Source: Candidatus Saccharibacteria bacterium UBA3723 (GTDB taxonomy: Bacteria; Patescibacteriota; Saccharimonadia; Saccharimonadales; Saccharimonadaceae). From it: a stretch of DNA of 64,000 nucleotides. Below the pieces are notes generated by a model that made no database searches, was not told the origin of the DNA, and saw only the letters and a list, made by a program, of their open reading frames with translations. Shown piece after piece: positions 57,254 through 64,000 of the stretch (position 1 is the first letter of the stretch; each line of letters begins with the position of its first letter). The stretch is from assembly GCA_002371895.1 (NCBI GenBank), contig DFHM01000009.1, positions 39,271-103,270 on the forward strand, read 5' to 3'. Made by a program: the position numbers and the translations under genes.

Positions 57254-58381
57254 CTACTCCTCCTCTTTTTGGTCGCGTTTTTCAAATAGATAAACAATAA
57301 TCAATCCCGCAAAGGACAATAAACAAATCGTAATGGAAATCATGATATCATCGCCAGTCTTTGGCCCGACCGGAATCGGTTCTGCCTCTTCTGCGGCATC
57401 CACGCGGAACTTCCAATTAATTGTACCACCAATACCACCAGCGTTATTCCCGGTTTCAACTGGAAGACTTAGAGTAACCGAAATTTTTTCGCTTGCGCCT
57501 GGAGCATATTTGCCAAGCGACAAATTTGGCATTTCGGATAGCGGCCCCTCGTATAATACCTCGCCACCTTTTACAATCTTTAATACCAAAGCATCGCCAA
57601 GCCTGCTGTCCGCTATATCTACAGAAGTCCAGAACTCGTGCTCTTTGCTATCGGTATTGTTTACAGTGATTTCGCTCTCAACCGAATCGCCAGGCGCCAA
57701 TAGATTTAGTTGCGCCAGGAAATTCTCTGGCACACTAATATACTGGCCGGCCACGCCGTCATAAGAAATCGTCACAGCAGAGCTGTGCGACTCTGTGTCA
57801 ACTTGGTAATCAGAATCCGCAAAGTCCTCAATTGCAACCGCACCCCAAGGTGTCTCACTCGAGAAATCTGGATTAAAATGCGCCGCCTGGATTGCATCGG
57901 CCTGCAAGACCATTACGACCTGCGTATTGCCATCATGATCCCAGCTCGATGGCGCAGTAATGCTCTTAAATACGTCAAAAACCTCACCAGACGTTGCCTG
58001 GCGCGTCAGATAGTAATAATCACCAATCTCCACCCAATCTGTGCCCAAATCGTTTTCTGGCGCACGCTCAGCCACGTCGCCGGCCGCATCATAATAATGC
58101 ACGGATAAACGAATATAGCTTGCGATACCTTTGTTCGTAATTCTTGGCACAGAAGAAATAACTGCGCCCGTCGTAATATCCTCATTTTCGTAGACCTTTA
58201 CAGCCTCGCCGCTACCGTCGTCCAATAGGTGATCCAAAGATATATTAACCGCACCGGTAGAAACCTCATTGTTTACGTCGGCCGTCGAAGAAACCGCCGC
58301 ATAGGCCGCCGAGCCGAGCATCAAAATACTAAGCAAGGCATTCGCAACAACGAGAATCCTATTCCGTCGTTGTCTCGCCAT
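57254..58381 (-). CDS. TasA/camelysin-like secreted protein with LPXTG-like C-terminal sorting signal
   Basis: The N-terminal signal is followed by VSTGAVNISLD (TasA-like). The C-terminus is PVGPKTGDD plus a hydrophobic stretch plus KRDQKEEE. I took the ATG at 58381, with AAGGAAA upstream. Confidence 0.62.
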   Translation of the reverse strand: MARQRRNRILVVANALLSILMLGSAAYAAVSSTADVNNEVSTGAVNISLDHLLDDGSGEAVKVYENEDITTGAVISSVPRITNKGIASYIRLSVHYYDAAGDVAERAPENDLGTDWVEIGDYYYLTRQATSGEVFDVFKSITAPSSWDHDGNTQVVMVLQADAIQAAHFNPDFSSETPWGAVAIEDFADSDYQVDTESHSSAVTISYDGVAGQYISVPENFLAQLNLLAPGDSVESEITVNNTDSKEHEFWTSVDIADSRLGDALVLKIVKGGEVLYEGPLSEMPNLSLGKYAPGASEKISVTLSLPVETGNNAGGIGGTINWKFRVDAAEEAEPIPVGPKTGDDIMISITICLLSFAGLIIVYLFEKRDQKEEE

Positions 58382-59438
58382 CCTGTTTTCCTTCTGTTCC
58401 ACCCATTACTGCTTCTTCTTTCGTGCTCTCGATATTCTCAGTACTTTCAGTATTTTCGACAGTATCGATGTTTTCCGTATTCGTATTCGGAACAAGTTCC
58501 GGTGCCTCGATGCTACGCATCATGTTATTCATATTGGCATTATTTGGAGCAACTTCATACTCCCAACGTGCTTTAAGTACCAAGTCACCAGTTTGACGAG
58601 CTGCAAAGGCTGCATAGACTCCATTATTAGGTATATTCGTCAAATCGGTAGACCAACTTGTATTAGTACCAGCATTATCATATCTATGTAAAGCGCCGCT
58701 CTGATCCTCCCAGCCAAGCAAAGTATTTCCTTCTACGCTTGCGCCAGGAACATCCTGCTCACAACGAATTGTGCCAATAGCATCGCCAATACCAATAATC
58801 CACGCATTAGTACAGTGTCGCCTATATTCCAAGGAATCAAAGCCCAAAAATCCAGCTCTCTCATATGTCCCCTCACTGACAGTCTCAGCATCATAAGGAA
58901 CTTTAATCATATCAAAGACCGTATAGGTGCTCTGCAATGGAGTATCGGTAAAGGTAATATCTTCCTCGTTGTAGCCGTTAAAGTCATAGGCGATTGTATA
59001 TTCAATAGGTTCGAAGTATACGTTAATAGTCGAATTCCTATCTGGCTGCAAGAAGCTATTGCCCGCATCTATACGATTCCCATTTACGGTAACGTAGCTC
59101 AACTTAAAGCCATTTGGCGCCGCTTTAATTTCAGTATTCGTTTCATTTACATATATGCGCTCATTGCCATAATGGCGCCATCTAGAGGAATTTCCAGAAT
59201 ATCCACTATCCCCAATTTGACTAAACGAGCCGGTTTTAGTTGCGTAATAATAATTTACCGTGTCTATACGAAGAGTGTCGCCAATCGGAACCGGCTCCTC
59301 AAAAGTGAAGGTATTCGTTAACGAAGCCTCAGCCGTCAGATACGCTAAAGTATTACCACTAACCAAAGCGAGCTCCAGCGGCAATAGAGCCGCTAGAGCT
59401 AGAACGATACAAATTTTATGTAGCGTCATTCGCTTCAT
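58359..59438 (-). CDS. SipW-type-signal protein with Listeria-Bacteroides (InlB B-repeat)-like repeats
   Basis: Signal ending GNTLAYLTAEASLTNTFTF, then YTIAYDFNGY...LLGWED...ARW repeat signatures. Confidence 0.6.
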   Translation of the reverse strand: MKRMTLHKICIVLALAALLPLELALVSGNTLAYLTAEASLTNTFTFEEPVPIGDTLRIDTVNYYYATKTGSFSQIGDSGYSGNSSRWRHYGNERIYVNETNTEIKAAPNGFKLSYVTVNGNRIDAGNSFLQPDRNSTINVYFEPIEYTIAYDFNGYNEEDITFTDTPLQSTYTVFDMIKVPYDAETVSEGTYERAGFLGFDSLEYRRHCTNAWIIGIGDAIGTIRCEQDVPGASVEGNTLLGWEDQSGALHRYDNAGTNTSWSTDLTNIPNNGVYAAFAARQTGDLVLKARWEYEVAPNNANMNNMMRSIEAPELVPNTNTENIDTVENTESTENIESTKEEAVMGGTEGKQDGETTTE

Positions 59439-59477
59439 TAGTTTTTATTTTTCCTTATTTAAGTTAGGAAATTAGTA

Positions 59478-60101
59478 TTATTTGCTGTTCTGCAACTCGG
59501 TCCAGACTGCGCCAGGAGCTTTTGTATCCCCAAGACCATCGGCCTGAATAGCGTAGCCCTTTACGACAATATTCTGATCACCAGTTAGTGCGGATACTTC
59601 AGAGCTCTTTAGGTCTTTTGCAGCAGTTACCTTATCGAATAGAACCGCTGTACCCTCAGCTGCCACCTTAGTCATCTGGGAGGCATTACCGTACGCATAA
59701 ACCTTCGTAATCTTGCCAGTAGCAGTAGAACCGCCCCCTTCAACTTCTACCCAGCCGTCTTTAACGTCATAGGTAAACAATGGAGTATTTGGTGTACCCT
59801 TGACTGTACCGGTCGGAACAGTAACTTCCATGAAGACGTAGGCATCTTTCGAATCAGCTTTAACCGTAATAGTAGGATCCTTTTCAAATGATTCACCTGG
59901 TGCAATCTTCTTGCCATAATTCTCATCTGCAGTAAGATGATCTTGCCACGTAGGCTCGCTAATCTCGATATCTACTTTACCAAATGTAAAGGTGTTCGTC
60001 TTTTCTTCCGTTGTATCAGTTAGATACGCTAAGGTTCCACCGACGGCAAAAACTGCCAAAAACAATGCAACCAAAACTAATAGTTTCTTGTTCTTTTTCA
60101 T
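59478..60101 (-). CDS. SipW-dependent-type signal peptide protein (TasA/CalY-like small subunit)
   Basis: Sequence GGTLAYLTDTTEEKTNTFTFGKVDI, with SD AGGAG upstream. Confidence 0.7.
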   Translation of the reverse strand: MKKNKKLLVLVALFLAVFAVGGTLAYLTDTTEEKTNTFTFGKVDIEISEPTWQDHLTADENYGKKIAPGESFEKDPTITVKADSKDAYVFMEVTVPTGTVKGTPNTPLFTYDVKDGWVEVEGGGSTATGKITKVYAYGNASQMTKVAAEGTAVLFDKVTAAKDLKSSEVSALTGDQNIVVKGYAIQADGLGDTKAPGAVWTELQNSK

Positions 60102-60222
60102 TGTTAACTCCTAAACTTTTATATTAATTTCATTTTATCACTGCTTATGGTAATTCCTCAATAATTTTTATGCTTTTTACCCCCGTCAGCGTACAAATTT
60201 TTTATTCATTATCTGTTAATTT

Positions 60223-60243
60223 TTGTTGTAATATTTACAACAA
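60223..60243. promoter_or_regulatory. Perfect 9-3-9 palindrome TTGTTGTAA-TAT-TTACAACAA upstream of the sipW-cluster operon
   Basis: Exact inverted repeat lying between the typA terminator and the operon start. Confidence 0.4.
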
Positions 60244-60251
60244 TTTAACAC

Positions 60252-60284
60252 TAAAAAATCTGCCCTATCACTAAGGCAGATTTG
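60252..60284 (-). terminator. Intrinsic terminator of typA
   Basis: Stem AAATCTGCC/GGCAGATTT, with a T-run in minus sense. Confidence 0.65.
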
Positions 60285-60292
60285 TATTTTTT

Positions 60293-62113
60293 CTATAATG
60301 CGTGATTGCGTTTGCGCTTACGTACGATCGGATCAAGGTCACGCTTGCGTAGACGTAGACTCTTTGGCGTTACCTCTAGGAGCTCGTCTTCCATCAAGAA
60401 GTCCAAGCATTGCTCCAAAGACAACTGCGTGTATGGCGTAAGCTGGATTGCGCCATCAGATGCGTGCGTACGCATGTTGGTAAGCTGTTTTTCGCGGCAG
60501 ACGTTAATATCAAGCTCATCCTTCTTCGAAAGGCCAACAATCATACCCATATAAACATCAACCTGCGGTGGAATATAAAGAATACCGCGTGCCTGTGCTG
60601 CGTCGAGCGCATAAGCTGTACTCTGTCCAGCCTCAGATGCCACCAAGGCACCGTTGCGCTCTTGGCGATAATGTGAAGTTACTGGCTGGTAGCCCTTTGG
60701 CAAAGTATTCATGATTGCCGTACCCTTGGTCTCGGTCAAAAGACTGTTACGAAGACCAATCAAAGCTGCAGTCGTAATAGTATAGCGGAAACGAGTCGAG
60801 CCAGTCGTGGTCATTTCCTGATCTACAAGCTCTGCCTTGCGGATACCAAGCTCCTGCGAAACAGCGCCGACAAACTCTGGAGAAACTTCGATTGTGAGCT
60901 CTTCTACCGGCTCCATCTCGACGCCATCTACCATCTTGTAGACAACCTCTGGACGACCAACTTCCATCTCGTAGCCTTCACGGCGCATCGTTTCGATCAA
61001 AACCGAAAGATGTAGCTCGCCACGGCCAGAAACCTTATAACCAAGGCCCTGTGGTTCTAGACGAAGCGCGATGTTTGTCTCGAGCTCGCGCTTGAGGCGG
61101 TCACCAATCTGACGCGAGGTCGTAAATTCACCTTCGCGACCCTTCAGTGGCGAAGTATTTGGGCCAATATAGATGCTAAGAGTTGGCGCCTCGAGCTCAA
61201 TCGTTGGCAAAGCCTCTGGATTATCGCCAGTTGCAATCGTGTCACCAATCGAAGCTGCACCAAGGCCAGCCAAAGCTACGATATCGCCAGCAATCGCCTC
61301 ATTGGTCTCCTCGCGGCCAAGACCACGATAGGTATAAAGGCTATCAATCTTGCCACGAATGACTTCCCCGTTCGTCTTCATGACGGAAACGGCTTCGTTT
61401 TTCTTGAGTTTGCCGCGGAAAATCTTACCAATGGCATACTTACCAAGATAGCTATCAGCGGCTAGCGCAGCGACAAGAAGCTGTGCGCCCTTAGAATCGT
61501 CGACATCCACCTGTGGTTCTGGAATTTCATTAATAATCGCATCGAAAATAACATGAAGATCGTCATCGAGCTCTGGAGTCTTACCAGCCTTACCATCGCG
61601 TGCAATTGCGTAGTAGGTTGGGTACTTAAGCTGCTCTTCGTTGGTAGCAAGTTCGAGGAATAGGTCGCCAATTTCGTCTTCTACCTCGCCGAGACGTGCG
61701 GCAGGCTTATCGATCTTATTAATGACCACAATCGGCGTTAGAGACAATTCTAGAGCCTTCTGAAGCACGAATTTGGTCTGTGGCATCGGGCCTTCCTGCG
61801 CATCAACAACCAAAAGCACACCGTCAGCCATGTTGAGCGTGCGCTCCACCTCGCCAGAAAAGTCGGCGTGGCCTGGCGTATCGATGATGTTAATCTTATA
61901 GCCATTATAGAAAACAGCGGTCTGCTTCGCGGTAATCGTAATACCGCGCTCATGTTCCTGATCACCGGAGTCCATGATTAATGTTTGGCCCATTTCGGCC
62001 TGATTTTCGCGGAAAGTATGGCTCTGCTTCAAAAGAGCATCCACCAAAGTGGTCTTTCCGTGGTCTACGTGCGCGATAATCGCTACGTTGCGAATTTTAC
62101 TCTTGTCGTTCAT
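60293..62113 (-). CDS. typA: Translational GTPase TypA/BipA
   Basis: Sequence [25 protein letters not shown]...DTPGHADF...NKIDK. Confidence 0.95.
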   Translation of the reverse strand: MNDKSKIRNVAIIAHVDHGKTTLVDALLKQSHTFRENQAEMGQTLIMDSGDQEHERGITITAKQTAVFYNGYKINIIDTPGHADFSGEVERTLNMADGVLLVVDAQEGPMPQTKFVLQKALELSLTPIVVINKIDKPAARLGEVEDEIGDLFLELATNEEQLKYPTYYAIARDGKAGKTPELDDDLHVIFDAIINEIPEPQVDVDDSKGAQLLVAALAADSYLGKYAIGKIFRGKLKKNEAVSVMKTNGEVIRGKIDSLYTYRGLGREETNEAIAGDIVALAGLGAASIGDTIATGDNPEALPTIELEAPTLSIYIGPNTSPLKGREGEFTTSRQIGDRLKRELETNIALRLEPQGLGYKVSGRGELHLSVLIETMRREGYEMEVGRPEVVYKMVDGVEMEPVEELTIEVSPEFVGAVSQELGIRKAELVDQEMTTTGSTRFRYTITTAALIGLRNSLLTETKGTAIMNTLPKGYQPVTSHYRQERNGALVASEAGQSTAYALDAAQARGILYIPPQVDVYMGMIVGLSKKDELDINVCREKQLTNMRTHASDGAIQLTPYTQLSLEQCLDFLMEDELLEVTPKSLRLRKRDLDPIVRKRKRNHAL

Positions 62114-62295
62114 ATTATTTATTCCTCACCCTATTCAGGTTTGTTATTCGAGACTTCTCTCGCCACCGATATAGCTAAATATCAGCTTCAGAGAGCTATG
62201 GTTGTCTAGCTTGGTATTTTCTTTTTGCCCTGCGCGGTTACTGACCGAGCAGCGGCAAGAAAAAATGCCGAGATAGGCAATCATAGACTCTGAAA

Positions 62296-62372
62296 TGGTG
62301 GGCGGTATAGGATTCGAACCTATGACCTCGTCTACGTCAAAGACGCGCTCTAGCCAACTGAGCTAACCGCCC
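62296..62372 (-). tRNA. tRNA-Val (anticodon GAC), CCA encoded
   Basis: The reverse complement is GGGCGGTTAGCTCAGTTGGCTAGAGCGCGTCTTTGACGTAGACGAGGTCATAGGTTCGAATCCTATACCGCCCACCA. Confidence 0.9.
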
Positions 62373-62432
62373 ATAAAGTCTAGCAATATTCTACCACAGT
62401 TGCGCGCCCCTCGCAAGCATTTTGCCCTTCTA

Positions 62433-62461
62433 TTGACTTTTCATACTGCTTGTGGTATAAT
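62433..62461 (+). promoter_or_regulatory. Consensus extended -10 promoter
   Basis: TTGACT, a 17-nt spacer, then TGgTATAAT. Confidence 0.7.
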
Positions 62462-62514
62462 AATAAGATATAGCGTCATTGATGGCGCAAATACGTTCCT
62501 TAGGAGGAAACATC

Positions 62515-62931
62515 ATGATCAAGAGCTACGAAAACACTGGCCGTCACGTTGACTCGGACTACGCCGAGGTTACCATCCGCTGCCGTCACGCAGAAAGTGC
62601 CGCAGGCCTGGAAGACATCATCGATCGCACCATCGAGCGTTGCCACGTTGGCGATTTTTACATCGCCGCCGACATCACTCCGTGCTACGCCCAGCGTCGC
62701 GGTTACTCTGGCAAGGGCGCCAATCAGCACCTCGCCATTCACATCCGCAGCCGCATGAGCGAGTCCGATTACACTGGAAGTTCCGTCAGCAACGACAACT
62801 TCTACCGCATTTGGTCCGAGGAATTCGTCGAGCTCGCCAAGAGCACCATGACCTACGTCGATTGTGAGTACGCCACCGTCTATCTGTACGGCGAAGGCCG
62901 TAACCGCATCATCCCGCTCGCTGAGAGCTAA
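62515..62931 (+). CDS. Hypothetical protein (138 aa), GC-rich, flanked by tRNA genes
   Basis: I moved the start to the ATG at 62515, which has TAGGAGG upstream. No family recognised. Confidence 0.55.
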   Translation: MIKSYENTGRHVDSDYAEVTIRCRHAESAAGLEDIIDRTIERCHVGDFYIAADITPCYAQRRGYSGKGANQHLAIHIRSRMSESDYTGSSVSNDNFYRIWSEEFVELAKSTMTYVDCEYATVYLYGEGRNRIIPLAES

Positions 62932-62955
62932 TCGATCAAACTGTTCCGCCAACCC

Positions 62956-62985
62956 AGCGGTCCGCCAAAAACGGGCCGCTTTTTC
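62956..62985 (+). terminator. Intrinsic terminator
   Basis: Stem AGCGGTCCG/CGGGCCGCT followed by TTTT. Confidence 0.65.
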
Positions 62986-63029
62986 ATTGTGCTTGCAAAA
63001 ATAAGATAAAAGCGTATAATAAATGCATT

Positions 63030-63106
63030 GGGTCCGTAGCTCAGCTGGTTAGAGCACCTGCCTTTTAAGCAGGGTGTCGTGAGTTCAAGTCTCACCGGAC
63101 TCACCA
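63030..63106 (+). tRNA. tRNA-Lys (anticodon UUU), CCA encoded
   Basis: Sequence GGGTCCGTAGCTCAGCTGGTTAGAGCACCTGCCTTTTAAGCAGGGTGTCGTGAGTTCAAGTCTCACCGGACTCACCA. Confidence 0.92.
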
Positions 63107-63113
63107 TTTTTTT

Positions 63114-63245
63114 GGAGAAAAAAAGTGAGGCCGGTTAGATTTGAACACTTGAAAATCGAAGCCGGACTCACCATTTTTTTTGGCAAAAAATGTGAGTACT
63201 GTAAGGCTTGAACGAATTGAAAGCCGAAACAGTACTCGCTTTTTA
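63114..63245 (+). repeat. Two tandem ~65-nt hairpin modules (terminator-like) with compensatory stem changes
   Basis: Module 1 pairs GTGAGGCCGG with CCGGACTCAC, followed by a T-run. Module 2 pairs GTGAGTACTG with CAGTACTCGC, followed by a T-run. The apical loops are conserved (GAAC..TTGA). Confidence 0.6.
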
Positions 63246-63252
63246 GCTTTTA

Positions 63253-63282
63253 AAAACTCCCCCCGAGATGGGGGAGTTTTTT
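63253..63282. terminator. Hairpin terminator for the convergent minus-strand gene
   Basis: Stem AAAACTCCCCC/GGGGGAGTTTT. Confidence 0.65.
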
Positions 63283-64000
63283 ACATTTCAATTTCGATTG
63301 ATTCTTTTTCTTTTTTCGAAGCTTTGCTCTTCTTCGACTTCTTCTCTTTTATTGCCTTCCTTGGCGCGCGGTCTTCCTCGTCCTCAGCCTTTTTCTTCTT
63401 GATTATATTAATCACGACAAGCAAAACGATAATCAAAACAATCACAATATTTGCTGCAATCACAGCCCAAAGCGGAAGATTCAACACGGTACGAGTAGAA
63501 GCCTCTTCTACCTGTTCACCCTTATCGTTGATGTAGGTAATTTTCTGTTCAATCGTAAAGAAACCAAAGCCAATCTCCTCGGAGTTGCTCTTAAAGCTCG
63601 TCTCGGAGCCTGGATAAACTTCTTTCGTCTCGTTAGCAATCTCTTTCCAATCTTCGAGGCCAAATTTCTTCGTTACGCGGAGCGTATAAGTTGCCGCAAA
63701 GCCTGCATTTCCGCCATTCTTGACGACCGCCTCAGCGTTAATTTTGTTATTCAAGTTAATTGGCGATGCAGAATTCTTTACAACTTCGCCACCAAAGGCT
63801 ACGCCCTCAGTTGCCACGGTCAAGCGAAGATCAACAGTCTTCTTCACCTTATTAGATACATCTTCAACCTTGATTGTGGCATATTGCGAGCCAAAAGTTG
63901 CATCGGCTGGTACCATTACGCGAAGACCAACTACTTTTGTACCGTTGGCTGGAATTTCAAAGTATTTAATCCCGCCAACAAATGCCACCCACTCGGCCGC
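63281..64000 (-). CDS. Surface protein with C-terminal TM and Lys-rich tail; the N-terminus lies beyond the window
   Basis: The frame stays open to base 64000. The C-terminus is LWAVIAANIVIVLIIVLLVVINIIKKKK plus a KEKKSKKSK tail. Confidence 0.55.
   Translation of the reverse strand, partial: AAEWVAFVGGIKYFEIPANGTKVVGLRVMVPADATFGSQYATIKVEDVSNKVKKTVDLRLTVATEGVAFGGEVVKNSASPINLNNKINAEAVVKNGGNAGFAATYTLRVTKKFGLEDWKEIANETKEVYPGSETSFKSNSEEIGFGFFTIEQKITYINDKGEQVEEASTRTVLNLPLWAVIAANIVIVLIIVLLVVINIIKKKKAEDEEDRAPRKAIKEKKSKKSKASKKEKESIEIEM

Noticed and set aside
1-64000. CRISPR arrays, transposases or IS elements, prophage genes, toxin-antitoxin pairs, restriction-modification genes, or a recoded genetic code (UGA sense)
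   Set aside because: I found no regularly spaced direct repeats of 25-40 bp. No transposase, integrase or Cas-like motifs appear in any long ORF. Long ORFs close normally with TAA, TAG or TGA, so the standard code fits.

Overview
Gene-dense, compact bacterial chromosome segment of moderate to low GC by eye. The housekeeping backbone is uvrA, uvrB, gltX, der, pth, topA, pgk, pyk, typA and a trimmed dcw cluster (rsmH-ftsL-ftsI-mraY-ftsW-murG), plus four tRNAs: Glu-CUC, Glu-UUC, Val-GAC and Lys-UUU. Accessory content includes DUF3048, a sigma-region-4/HARE-HTH protein, a lone VirD4/TraD-like ATPase, a giant multi-domain murein hydrolase, an H+-PPase and many secreted or anchored proteins. Together with tight gene packing this suggests a Patescibacteria/Saccharibacteria-like reduced genome, but that is inference, not proof. 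I found no CRISPR array, transposase, integrase or rRNA. Ten points stand out. (1) An orphan ~300-nt highly structured RNA has a consensus promoter and terminator (23.84-24.17 kb). A shortened paralogous block set lies in the 780-bp non-coding stretch where mraZ would normally sit. (2) A 971-bp ORF-free region (43.9-44.9 kb) holds two motif blocks in the same order about 645 bp apart. It shares exact 10-28 nt words with the dcw-upstream region. (3) A SipW signal peptidase operon carries three SipW-signal/TasA-like cargo proteins, one with an LPXTG-like anchor. (4) A PP-loop protein lies next to a relocated murD and is a candidate MurL/MurD2 route. (5) There is a stand-alone EF-Tu domain-II protein. 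(6) Two tandem hairpin modules after tRNA-Lys show double compensatory covariation and contain a copy of the tRNA 3' end. (7) At least 11 genes have a -10 box 6-7 nt before the ATG, implying leaderless mRNAs. By contrast, five GC-richer cassettes have strong SD sites. (8) There is a YvcK-HAD fusion. (9) A 988-aa hydrolase carries five catalytic modules. (10) A 412-bp structured gap sits inside the dcw operon. All functional calls rest on motif recognition by eye. No database search was run.
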